A DNA stretch of 64,000 nt from Elusimicrobiota bacterium (GTDB lineage Bacteria > Elusimicrobiota > Elusimicrobia > Elusimicrobiales > UBA9959), in NCBI GenBank assembly GCA_003482905.1, contig DMXM01000003.1:5285-69284 (forward strand), given 5' to 3'. Below the pieces are notes generated by a model. It saw only the letters and a list, made by a program, of their open reading frames with translations. It was not told the origin of the DNA and did not search any database. A program made the translations under genes and the position numbers. Positions 21,338-28,751 of the stretch are shown piece by piece. Each line of letters opens with the position of its first letter. The first letter of the stretch is position 1.

Positions 21338-22380
21338 AATGGCTTTATCACATTCTCAAGGATTTCGGTCGCGGCTTCCGCGCCTCTTCCTTTATAACCG
21401 GCCAGGTCCAGATAAGTCTGCACTGCGCCGGCCACGGTGCCGCCGTTCACTTTCCCGGCGCCGTAAAAAACACCGGCATCGTATGGCAGCATCAGCAGAA
21501 GGTTCCCCCCGCTTTCCACCTCTTTGATACCGGCGGAAGCAAACAGCTCCGCACGGAATTCACCCACATACGCCATAGCACGCTGATATCTTACGGCCGG
21601 CCAGAAGCGGGCCGCCGCGGAAAAACCGGCAAGGGCGAAGCGTATTCCGTTCTTTGCGCAAAGTTCTTCCAAAGCGGCCTCGGTCTCGGCAAGGCTTTTA
21701 ACGCTGTAACACTCTTTGAGCGTATTTTTCCGGAAGTAATAATTCTGCGCCCATTGGGAAAGCACCGCCGCCGGGTTGGAGAGCCGCAAACCAGGCGCGG
21801 AGGTATCCAGCCATTCCCTTTCAGCCAGGGCGTTTTTGACATTAGCGATCTGCCCCAGGCTTACGCCTGCTTCCCCTGCCAATTCCGCCATTTTCCATGG
21901 TTTTTTGGCCGCCGACAGAAGTACCCGCAATACGCGTTCAGCCTTAGGCGAATATAGTTTACGCAGGTCCCTTTTAACGGTAAAAGCGTTGGGATTGCCT
22001 TTACACTCTATGTAAATGCCGCCAAAAGAGAGGCGGCAATTCCCGCTGAAATCCATGTAGCCGGTATTATTTCCCGCCAACACTTCCCCGGCCTCAACGG
22101 AGATGTAAGGAGCCATAAATATCCCGTATATCTCAGGGTGGCTGTCATTGTATTTCTTAAGCTGGTAAGCGGCGTCCCTGGCGTATTTGGGTTGTCCAAG
22201 ACTTTTGACTTCCACGGCACAGGTTAAAAGTTTCCCCTTATGTTTCAGTTTCAATAAAATATCAGCCCCTCCTGCGGGCTGGTCCTTTATGGAAACCAGT
22301 TCAATAAAAGGAATAGCCGCGAGAGTCTCTTTTAAAATCTCTTTTGCCCTGCCCAAAGAAGCATTTTCATTAATATTCAT
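21331..22380 (-). CDS. AbiEi-like antitoxin/transcriptional regulator candidate with an extra N-terminal nuclease-like domain
   Basis: Central wHTH-like WKMAELAGEAGVSLGQIANVKNAL. The C-terminal VQTYLDLAGYKGRGAEAA is typical of AbiEi C-terminal domains. The N-terminal ADILLKL...CAVEVKS resembles a PD-(D/E)xK core. Confidence 0.55.
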   Translation of the reverse strand: MNINENASLGRAKEILKETLAAIPFIELVSIKDQPAGGADILLKLKHKGKLLTCAVEVKSLGQPKYARDAAYQLKKYNDSHPEIYGIFMAPYISVEAGEVLAGNNTGYMDFSGNCRLSFGGIYIECKGNPNAFTVKRDLRKLYSPKAERVLRVLLSAAKKPWKMAELAGEAGVSLGQIANVKNALAEREWLDTSAPGLRLSNPAAVLSQWAQNYYFRKNTLKECYSVKSLAETEAALEELCAKNGIRFALAGFSAAARFWPAVRYQRAMAYVGEFRAELFASAGIKEVESGGNLLLMLPYDAGVFYGAGKVNGGTVAGAVQTYLDLAGYKGRGAEAATEILENVIKPLW

Positions 22381-22403
22381 GGTTTCAGCGTTTGCTGAAA
22401 TAT

Positions 22404-22432
22404 ATTATATAGGTGAAACTACGAGTTGTCAA
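22404..22432 (-). promoter_or_regulatory. consensus sigma70 promoter (TTGACA-N17-TATAAT) for the AbiEi/AbiEii-like operon
   Basis: The minus strand reads ggggcTTGACAactcgtagtttcacctaTATAATatatttcagc. The -35 is at 22432-22427 and the -10 at 22409-22404, 23 nt upstream of the ATG at 22380. Confidence 0.65.
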
Positions 22433-22467
22433 GCCCCGCTCCCCCGGCACGGCGGTGCGGCCGACGC

Positions 22468-23313
22468 TCAACCCAACAGAAGAATCTCCTGTTCCAGACC
22501 GGAATTGCAGACATTCATCTGCTCAATAATACGAAGCGCGTCCGGGTCTTTTGTCGCGCGCAAGCGGCGCAAGACGGCTTCAGAGTCTATAAGCAATTCG
22601 CGCTTGCCGTATTTTTCAAACAGGTTTTCTATATTCGCGGGGGTATGCAGTTTTACCCTGGCACCGCAGACTTCCTTAAGACGTAAATATTCATCAATCC
22701 CTACCGGGTCATAGTCTCCACAATGCACGAAGCTGCATTTGGACATTTCTGCTGAAGTGAACCACGCCAGCATTCTGCCGGACATCTTCCCCCCGGCATA
22801 AACGGCGGCATCAGCGGCGACCTTCATCTTTTCAAAACACAAAAACGGTTCAAGGTTTTCTACAATCGCCAGCGTTCCTCCGCAACCCCAGAAGGGCAGC
22901 TCCTTAAGCAGGAATGCCGCTACTCCGTATTTCCCGGTTAAGGACGCCGCGGGCAGCGCCTCCCCCTTTCTTTCAAAGACCATATTGTTAAAAGCTCTGA
23001 TCAAAACCGGTTCAGCCACTGTAATCCCGGCTGCTTTTGCATCCCGATAATAGCCCACGGCTGTGGCACGGGGCGTATCTCCAGCCGGGGCTACACTCAA
23101 ACCCGAAGGGAAAAGCTGCGCGGCAAATGCCTCCAGCACGGCTTTGTTGCGCACCGCAACCCTGGTACCGGCCCCAATGCGTTCTTCCTGCAGAATGCCG
23201 GCGGCGAACTGCGGGCTTAAAGCGGCCCGCGCGGAGGCGGAGAACAGGGACAGCGGAGCGGAGCCTTCCTTTAAAAGCGTACCGAGCAGTTTCGCCAGGG
23301 CGGGCCGCCTCAT
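22468..23313 (-). CDS. jetD: JetD/MksG-like Toprim (DUF2220-like) nuclease subunit, short form
   Basis: Toprim-type acidic motifs LAIVENLEPF (about 22850-22875) and FVHCGDYDPVGIDEY (about 22697-22725). It is last in the four-gene cassette, with a 4-nt overlap with the ATPase gene. At 281 aa it is shorter than typical JetD. Confidence 0.65.
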   Translation of the reverse strand: MRRPALAKLLGTLLKEGSAPLSLFSASARAALSPQFAAGILQEERIGAGTRVAVRNKAVLEAFAAQLFPSGLSVAPAGDTPRATAVGYYRDAKAAGITVAEPVLIRAFNNMVFERKGEALPAASLTGKYGVAAFLLKELPFWGCGGTLAIVENLEPFLCFEKMKVAADAAVYAGGKMSGRMLAWFTSAEMSKCSFVHCGDYDPVGIDEYLRLKEVCGARVKLHTPANIENLFEKYGKRELLIDSEAVLRRLRATKDPDALRIIEQMNVCNSGLEQEILLLG

Positions 23314-26027
23314 GGCGCCGCCTTTTCAGCCGCCCTGTGACAGCGGACGCGGGAATTGCCGTCCAGGGAGACGCGGCCGTTTTCTTCGCGAACGAAGTAA
23401 ACATACTCGGCCGCGTCCAGCGCGTCGGGGCTGGCCAGCACGGGCACAAAATTCAGGCTGCCTGCCGTCTTCATTATGGCCAGCAGATTGGCGCGGTCCA
23501 GGCTGGAAGCCTCGTCCAGGTAAAACGGCAGCACTACCTTGTCGCTATCCAACAAGCCGCGCAATAAAAGCAGATTTATCAGCACTTTTATCGTGATGGT
23601 AGTTCCGTTGGATTCGATCCTATCCAGATCGGGATAGCGGCGGGTTTCGCCGCCAGGCCGCGTAATTTCAAAATGCAGGTCGAAAAGGTCCTGCAATTTT
23701 ATCTGCGGATACTTGCCCAGCAGGGCGCCCAGCTCTTCCAGCGCCTTATCCGCGCCGGAGAGGTCGGCGAAGAGCGGGGTTTCATCCGCGTCTATCAAAG
23801 CCTTCAAACGGTCATCCCAATCCCTGCGGGTCTCGGCATTCAGGCGCACCTGGTCGAGATTGGAGATATCCACCTCGGCGAGTTTGCGATTAAGGTCCGA
23901 AACCTTGGTTTTAAGCGTATCCAGATCGCGCTTTAGGCCTTTGAAAGCGTTTTTCAGGCTGACGGCAAGGCTGGTCCAGGCCTCCTGCGCCAGTTTTTCT
24001 TTTTCCGGCAGCGCTTCCAGCTGCTGGCGTAGTTTAGTTATGGTTTCTTCCTCGGTAGCCGCTTTAAAGGCCGAATAAGTAGCCGCTTCTATACGCGCCA
24101 GGTAATCCTGCGCCTGGGCGTCTTCCCGCTCTTCCCGCGCGAAGCCGTCACGGTACAAAGCCAGCAGCTCCTCAAAATCTTCAGGCACAGGCTGCGCAGC
24201 CGCGGGCGGTGCTGCCGACCAGCTCTCTGGCAGCGCCGGAAGCCCCTGTCTTTGTTTCAGCAGGTTCCGCCGCTGGCGGTCCGCCTCCTCGCCCCTGCGC
24301 CCGAGCGCGTCGGCTTCCGCACGCAGCCGCTCTCTTTCAGTTTCCAGGCGGTTCTGCTCGCTGCGTATTTGGGCCGCTTCTTTTTCCAACCCGGCCGCCT
24401 GCTGCTGCCACTGCGGAGCCTGCGCCGCCTTTAAACTGAAAGTTTCAAATTCAAGAAGTTCCCGGTCTAGAGCGTCAGCTTCTTCTTGTTTTTGCGCCTT
24501 GAGCTTTTTCAGCTCTGTGGTTCTTTCAATATTCTTTAAGATCTCCCCATCTTTAGCGAGTTGCCTTTCGAGAATTTCGATTTCGGCTTTAAGCGCTTCG
24601 GGGTTAGTAAACGAAGCGAAATCCGCGCCGTGCAGAGCCGCTAGGTTAACGCTTAAGCCGGCAGCGTTAAACCGCCCGTCCCCAAGCTTCTCGTGCAGCC
24701 AGGTCAATTCTTTCAGCGCAGCCGCCTCGTCTTTGACCGTTATGCCGTCTTTAGTAAACGGCAGACCCAGCAGTTCCGGGTTAAGGATTTTAAAAACAGC
24801 TTCGGACTTCTCGGCTCCGAACTTCTCTTTCAGGCGCGAAGCCGCGTTGCCGGCGGAATTCTTAAGCCGCTCGCGCGCTTTTTCCAGATCCAGTTCCGCC
24901 CTGTCCAGCCGCGCCTTCACGCGCCCGGCAGGCTCCTCGCCGGCGTTACGCAGTTGAAAGGCCAGGTTTTCTATTTCCGTCCCCAGTGCCCGCCGGCGCT
25001 CCCGCTTCCAGTCCTCTACGAAATCCGCAAAGCGCAGCCGCCCTTGTTCCACTTCGGCCAGCGCATCGTTAACCCGGCTCAGGGCGGAGGCGGCTTTTAT
25101 CTGCCGCTCCAGGCCCGCCGCAATATCCCGGCGCACGCCCGCCTGCTCCCCCTCCAGAGCGCGCTGACGCGCCACAATGTCGGCTGCTTCCCGTTCAAGG
25201 CGGTTCTTATTCTTCTCGTAGGCTGCCCCGATGGCGGCCCATAAAGCCGGTAGCCTGCCGCGCAAGCGGCCGCGCTCATCGGCGTGGGCCAAAAACTTTG
25301 TTATATCCGGAACCAGGTTTTTAAGCGTGCGCACTTCCTGCGTGCCGCGTTTGATGGCGGTATACTGGCTGGTATAGCCACGTTCAAGGTCTATGGCGCG
25401 CACCTGAAATTCCGTGTCGTAAATTTCCAACAGAAGCTCTTTCAGCTCCTCCTGTTTAAGGTGCGAAAGGCGCAGCAGGTTGCAGAAAGCGGAGCGGAAA
25501 CGTTCATAGTAATCCCGGTGGCGCAACGGTACCAGGCCCAGGTTCACGCCATTATTATCCCCTACGCCTGTTAGCGCCGCCCGCAGATGCTTAGGCTCCA
25601 GTTCGGCGTAGCCTTTGAGCGAGAGTTTTTCTTTGATCTTCTGGAAAGGCAGCGGCCGCCTGTCGCCGTCAATAAAGTCCTCTTCCTCGAACTTGCCGGT
25701 CCAGGCAAAACGTTCGTAATCATGCATTTTAAGCGGCCCAAGGCCGCGCACCCCCAGGCACTGTATGCCCGTGGGCGTCATGCACTCAAAGATCACGTAG
25801 CTGTACGCATCCGGAAAGTAATATCTGCGCGTCTGCTCCAGGCTGCGCGAGAAGTGCATTTTACGCTGGTCGTCGATATACAGAAATTGCAGCAAGGCAA
25901 TAAGGGAAGTCTTCCCCACATTATTAGGACCGACCAGGTGCAGGGAAGAATCGGTGTCCACGCAGGCGTAATCATACTTGCCGCAATGAATGGCTATAAG
26001 GCGGGCGAGGCCCTGGCGGGAGATCAT
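23310..26027 (-). CDS. jetC: JetC/MksB-like SMC-family ABC ATPase with a long coiled coil, short form (905 aa)
   Basis: Walker A LVGPNNVGKTSLIALL (about 25908-25935). A central E/R/K/L/A-rich coiled coil of about 550 aa. Walker B LPFYLDEASSLD (about 23500-23535). The signature-motif position reads ESNGTT rather than LSGGE. Confidence 0.7.
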   Translation of the reverse strand: MISRQGLARLIAIHCGKYDYACVDTDSSLHLVGPNNVGKTSLIALLQFLYIDDQRKMHFSRSLEQTRRYYFPDAYSYVIFECMTPTGIQCLGVRGLGPLKMHDYERFAWTGKFEEEDFIDGDRRPLPFQKIKEKLSLKGYAELEPKHLRAALTGVGDNNGVNLGLVPLRHRDYYERFRSAFCNLLRLSHLKQEELKELLLEIYDTEFQVRAIDLERGYTSQYTAIKRGTQEVRTLKNLVPDITKFLAHADERGRLRGRLPALWAAIGAAYEKNKNRLEREAADIVARQRALEGEQAGVRRDIAAGLERQIKAASALSRVNDALAEVEQGRLRFADFVEDWKRERRRALGTEIENLAFQLRNAGEEPAGRVKARLDRAELDLEKARERLKNSAGNAASRLKEKFGAEKSEAVFKILNPELLGLPFTKDGITVKDEAAALKELTWLHEKLGDGRFNAAGLSVNLAALHGADFASFTNPEALKAEIEILERQLAKDGEILKNIERTTELKKLKAQKQEEADALDRELLEFETFSLKAAQAPQWQQQAAGLEKEAAQIRSEQNRLETERERLRAEADALGRRGEEADRQRRNLLKQRQGLPALPESWSAAPPAAAQPVPEDFEELLALYRDGFAREEREDAQAQDYLARIEAATYSAFKAATEEETITKLRQQLEALPEKEKLAQEAWTSLAVSLKNAFKGLKRDLDTLKTKVSDLNRKLAEVDISNLDQVRLNAETRRDWDDRLKALIDADETPLFADLSGADKALEELGALLGKYPQIKLQDLFDLHFEITRPGGETRRYPDLDRIESNGTTITIKVLINLLLLRGLLDSDKVVLPFYLDEASSLDRANLLAIMKTAGSLNFVPVLASPDALDAAEYVYFVREENGRVSLDGNSRVRCHRAAEKAAP

Positions 26028-26566
26028 ATTTTCTCCTCCGCGGCTTCGCTTTCTTTAAAGATCTCCATGCAGAGGTCCAAAAAGCGGTACGCCGGCGCTC
26101 TGAAACGAAAGGAATCCGGGCCTTCCATTTTGAGAAAGCCGAAGCGCTCCATGGTGCGCAGGGTCTGGCGCAGCTCTTCCTCGGTTGGCATGCCGGCTTC
26201 CAGCATAATGTCACGGTAGCGTTCACGGCGGAGGTGTTCCAGCTTATCGACAAAGAATAGGGAAGTCATTATCTGTTCTTCAGCGCTGGCCCCGGAGTCG
26301 GCCAGGGTTTCCACCAATATAAACATGAAGACGGCCATCCGGGAGGAAGTGTCGCTTATATCCACCTCCCCTTTGAAGTAATAAAAGCCGCGTGGATGTT
26401 TTATGAGCTCGAAACCGAGCTTAGCGAATAGTTCCGTGAAAGCGGCTTCGCCGTTGTGCAGGTTAAAATAGAGGTCCGCGTCTTCGGGCGCTATATGGCG
26501 GCCTTTGCGCAGCGCGTCAAAAACCTCGTCAAGGCGCGGCAACTCCGTGTTTTTCTCAGTTTCCAT
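26024..26566 (-). CDS. jetB: JetB/MksE-like small subunit (about 180 aa)
   Basis: Its position between the kleisin-like gene and the ATPase gene, and its size. The internal ATG at 26566 gives METEKNTELPRLDEVFDALRKG.... 4-nt overlap with jetC and 11-nt overlap with jetA. No strong motif, so the call rests on context. Confidence 0.5.
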   Translation of the reverse strand: METEKNTELPRLDEVFDALRKGRHIAPEDADLYFNLHNGEAAFTELFAKLGFELIKHPRGFYYFKGEVDISDTSSRMAVFMFILVETLADSGASAEEQIMTSLFFVDKLEHLRRERYRDIMLEAGMPTEEELRQTLRTMERFGFLKMEGPDSFRFRAPAYRFLDLCMEIFKESEAAEEKI

Positions 26567-27782
26567 TTTTTTTAACTCCCATCGGCTTGGCCGAGAAAGA
26601 AAGGCCCTGCGCTGCGTAACTCTTTTCCGTCCTGTCGGCAAAGCGTGTAGTGCCGAATTCGCCGTAATAAAAACGCGCGTAGCAGCGCAGCAGCTGTTCC
26701 GGCGCGGCCTGCGGATACTGCGCTATCAGCCAGGCCAGCGCGTCATCCAGGGGAACGGCTTTTTTAGCTTTTGTTTTAAAGTCGTCCGCCTGGATAAGGG
26801 ACGCCAGGTCAGGCGCGCGCACGGCGCACAGCGGGGGAGGCAGTTTCGGGGTATAACCCTTTAGCCCCAGCATGTACGCGCGTATAGCTTCGTCCGCAAA
26901 CAGGCCTTTGGCGCGCCAACTGGAAATCCCAAGGCGTTTTGTAAGGTCTATAGTCTGCAAACCGCCCCGCTTTATAAGCCCAAGCGCGTGAGCCGCGCCG
27001 CGCGACACCGCGCTTTCCCGGTGCAGTTCGTTATGCAGCGGCAGCAGTTCTTTTATGCTTTCTTTAAAGTCGGCGGCAATCTCGCGGCGCAGACGCAGCG
27101 CGCGGCTGCGCAGCGCGGCGAACTCCCGGTGCACGGCCAGGTCGGTTTCAAAAGCCGTTTCCCCGTGCGCAAGCGCCGCTTCAAGTGAATCAAGCTGGCG
27201 TTCCATTTCTTTGCGCACGTCCAGCATATCGCGCAGCGGCGCCATATAGCGCGTCCAGAGATAATCCACCCGGCCAAGCCGCTCTTTCACCGTCAGCCCC
27301 GCTTTGTTCGCCTTCAGCTTCACCACATCGGCAACAATAGCTTCACGGCTGTGGCGGGAATCCTGGCGCATGCGCTCCACTTCGTCGGCGGCGTCGGCCA
27401 GCAGGCGCACGGCCCCGGCCCCGTCTTTGTCCGCCACGGCTTTAACAAGCCCACCGCCCAGCTTTTGTAAATCGGACAGGTAGGCCTGGATAACTTCCAC
27501 GGAAGTAAGCCGGTATTCGTGCAGGAGATAGGCCAATAATTGCGCCACGGGCCGGCGCATTTCATAGGCGGCCGTGGCTTCCGGCGACGGTTCTATGATC
27601 CCTAATTCCTCAAGCTGGTTTATCACCCGCTGCGGCGCGGGGTCATTTTCTTTGCGGCAGGCAAGCACATATTCGCGCAGTTCCGTTTCGGTTATACGCG
27701 AGCGTTTTTCATAGAGGCGTTCTAAAAGCTCGCTATGGTCGGCCGCAAAGCGAAAAAAAGTAAGAGGGCTTATTATTGCCAT
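26556..27782 (-). CDS. jetA: JetA/MksF-like kleisin-type subunit (408 aa)
   Basis: First gene of the cassette. N-terminal wHTH-like segment (INQLEELGIIEP), a helical middle and a C-terminal WH-like region. The call rests on context and architecture. Confidence 0.5.
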   Translation of the reverse strand: MAIISPLTFFRFAADHSELLERLYEKRSRITETELREYVLACRKENDPAPQRVINQLEELGIIEPSPEATAAYEMRRPVAQLLAYLLHEYRLTSVEVIQAYLSDLQKLGGGLVKAVADKDGAGAVRLLADAADEVERMRQDSRHSREAIVADVVKLKANKAGLTVKERLGRVDYLWTRYMAPLRDMLDVRKEMERQLDSLEAALAHGETAFETDLAVHREFAALRSRALRLRREIAADFKESIKELLPLHNELHRESAVSRGAAHALGLIKRGGLQTIDLTKRLGISSWRAKGLFADEAIRAYMLGLKGYTPKLPPPLCAVRAPDLASLIQADDFKTKAKKAVPLDDALAWLIAQYPQAAPEQLLRCYARFYYGEFGTTRFADRTEKSYAAQGLSFSAKPMGVKKNGN

Positions 27783-28025
27783 AAACTGATAGCTGCCAAG
27801 TATATCCTATCTTTTTGAAATACCATGGGCAATCGGCGCAAAACTAACCGGCCCCGGATAAATACCGGAAACACACATAACTTTATGCTTTACCTATAAG
27901 CCTTTGAGCAAAGCGGCCGCGCTGCGTGGCCACGCCCGCGACGACACCTCGCGGATAAGGGACTCACTCGCTCCCATCCGGGTGTTCATCGAAAAAGTGG
28001 CGAACTTCGACCAATAGCCGCCACC

Positions 28026-28055
28026 AATTAAAATCCGGCCCTTTTAAAGGCCGGA
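28026..28055 (-). terminator. rho-independent terminator of ssrA
   Basis: The minus strand reads TCCGGCCtttaaaagGGCCGGATTTTAATT, starting 8 nt after the tmRNA CCA end. Confidence 0.65.
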
Positions 28056-28062
28056 TCTTAAA

Positions 28063-28414
28063 TGGTGGAGGTGCCGGGATTCGCACCCGGGTCCGTAAAC
28101 CGCTTGTCAGAACCGCTACAGGCTTAGCCTCGAGTTTGTCTCGGCCGGACTAAGTTCAAGGCGACAAGTACCGGCCAAGTTCCGTTTAGTCTTTTGCCTA
28201 CCAGGGACGAAACGCGCCCCAGGAGACAGCATCCCGCATTGTAACGCTCTACATTCCGCGCGGGCGGCAGTCTGCGAGCGAGGCACACTTAAGCGTGCGC
28301 CCAGGCCATCTCGTTGGAGTTGGCTTTTGTTGTTTTGACCCTGTTTTACATGGCCTGGTCAACCATGGCCTGCTGATCTGACAGAACAAGTTAACGTCGA
28401 ACCTATTCACCCCC
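28063..28414 (-). ncRNA. ssrA: tmRNA (SsrA)
   Basis: The minus strand begins GGGGGTGAATAGGTTCGACG and ends GGGTGCGAATCCCGGCACCTCCACCA, a tRNA-like acceptor and T-arm. The internal tag frame is GCC AAC TCC AAC GAG ATG GCC TGG GCG CAC GCT TAA (ANSNEMAWAHA). The stop codon sits in the loop of a GGCGCAC/GTGTGCC helix. Confidence 0.9.
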
Positions 28415-28468
28415 GCTTGTCGCACCCCGCTCGCACTGCACAGCGAGCGGGGCGAATAACGCCGGCCC

Positions 28469-28497
28469 TTTATAGGAACCGGGCCGGTGCGACACAA
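28469..28497 (-). promoter_or_regulatory. weak candidate promoter for ssrA (TTGTGT-N17-TATAAA)
   Basis: The minus-strand -35 is at 28497-28492 and the -10 at 28474-28469. This would give a leader of about 50 nt containing the CCCCGCTCGC/GCGAGCGGGG hairpin, to be removed by processing. Confidence 0.3.
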
Positions 28498-28751
28498 GGA
28501 GGGCTCTGCCCTCCGTTTCATCGTCGCTTGCTTACTGCGCTTCGCTTGTGCGCTGCGCTGAACCACCCGAAGATGAAATCTCCTTATTGGAGTTGTACCG
28601 CACCCCTCATCCGGGATGAGGGCGCGCTTAAACAAAAGGGTTCTCAAAGAACTGTGTGTTGCTGACGTCTATATATAGTCTAGCACGTTTTCATTGGGAA
28701 GACCATAGGTAAAATGGACCGGGATAGAGCGGGCTTTGGGCCTATACTTTG

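Noticed and set aside
27783-28062. I searched the 280-nt spacer between jetA and ssrA, and the other island edge (20427-20515), for an integrase remnant or a duplicated ssrA 3' end (att). I also noted a tRNA-minihelix-like GTGGCG...CGCCACCA at about 27998-28026.
   Set aside because: No ORF is present, and no convincing repeat of the tmRNA 3' sequence appears at either edge. The minihelix lacks a T-loop consensus. There is not enough evidence to call an att site or a pseudo-tRNA.
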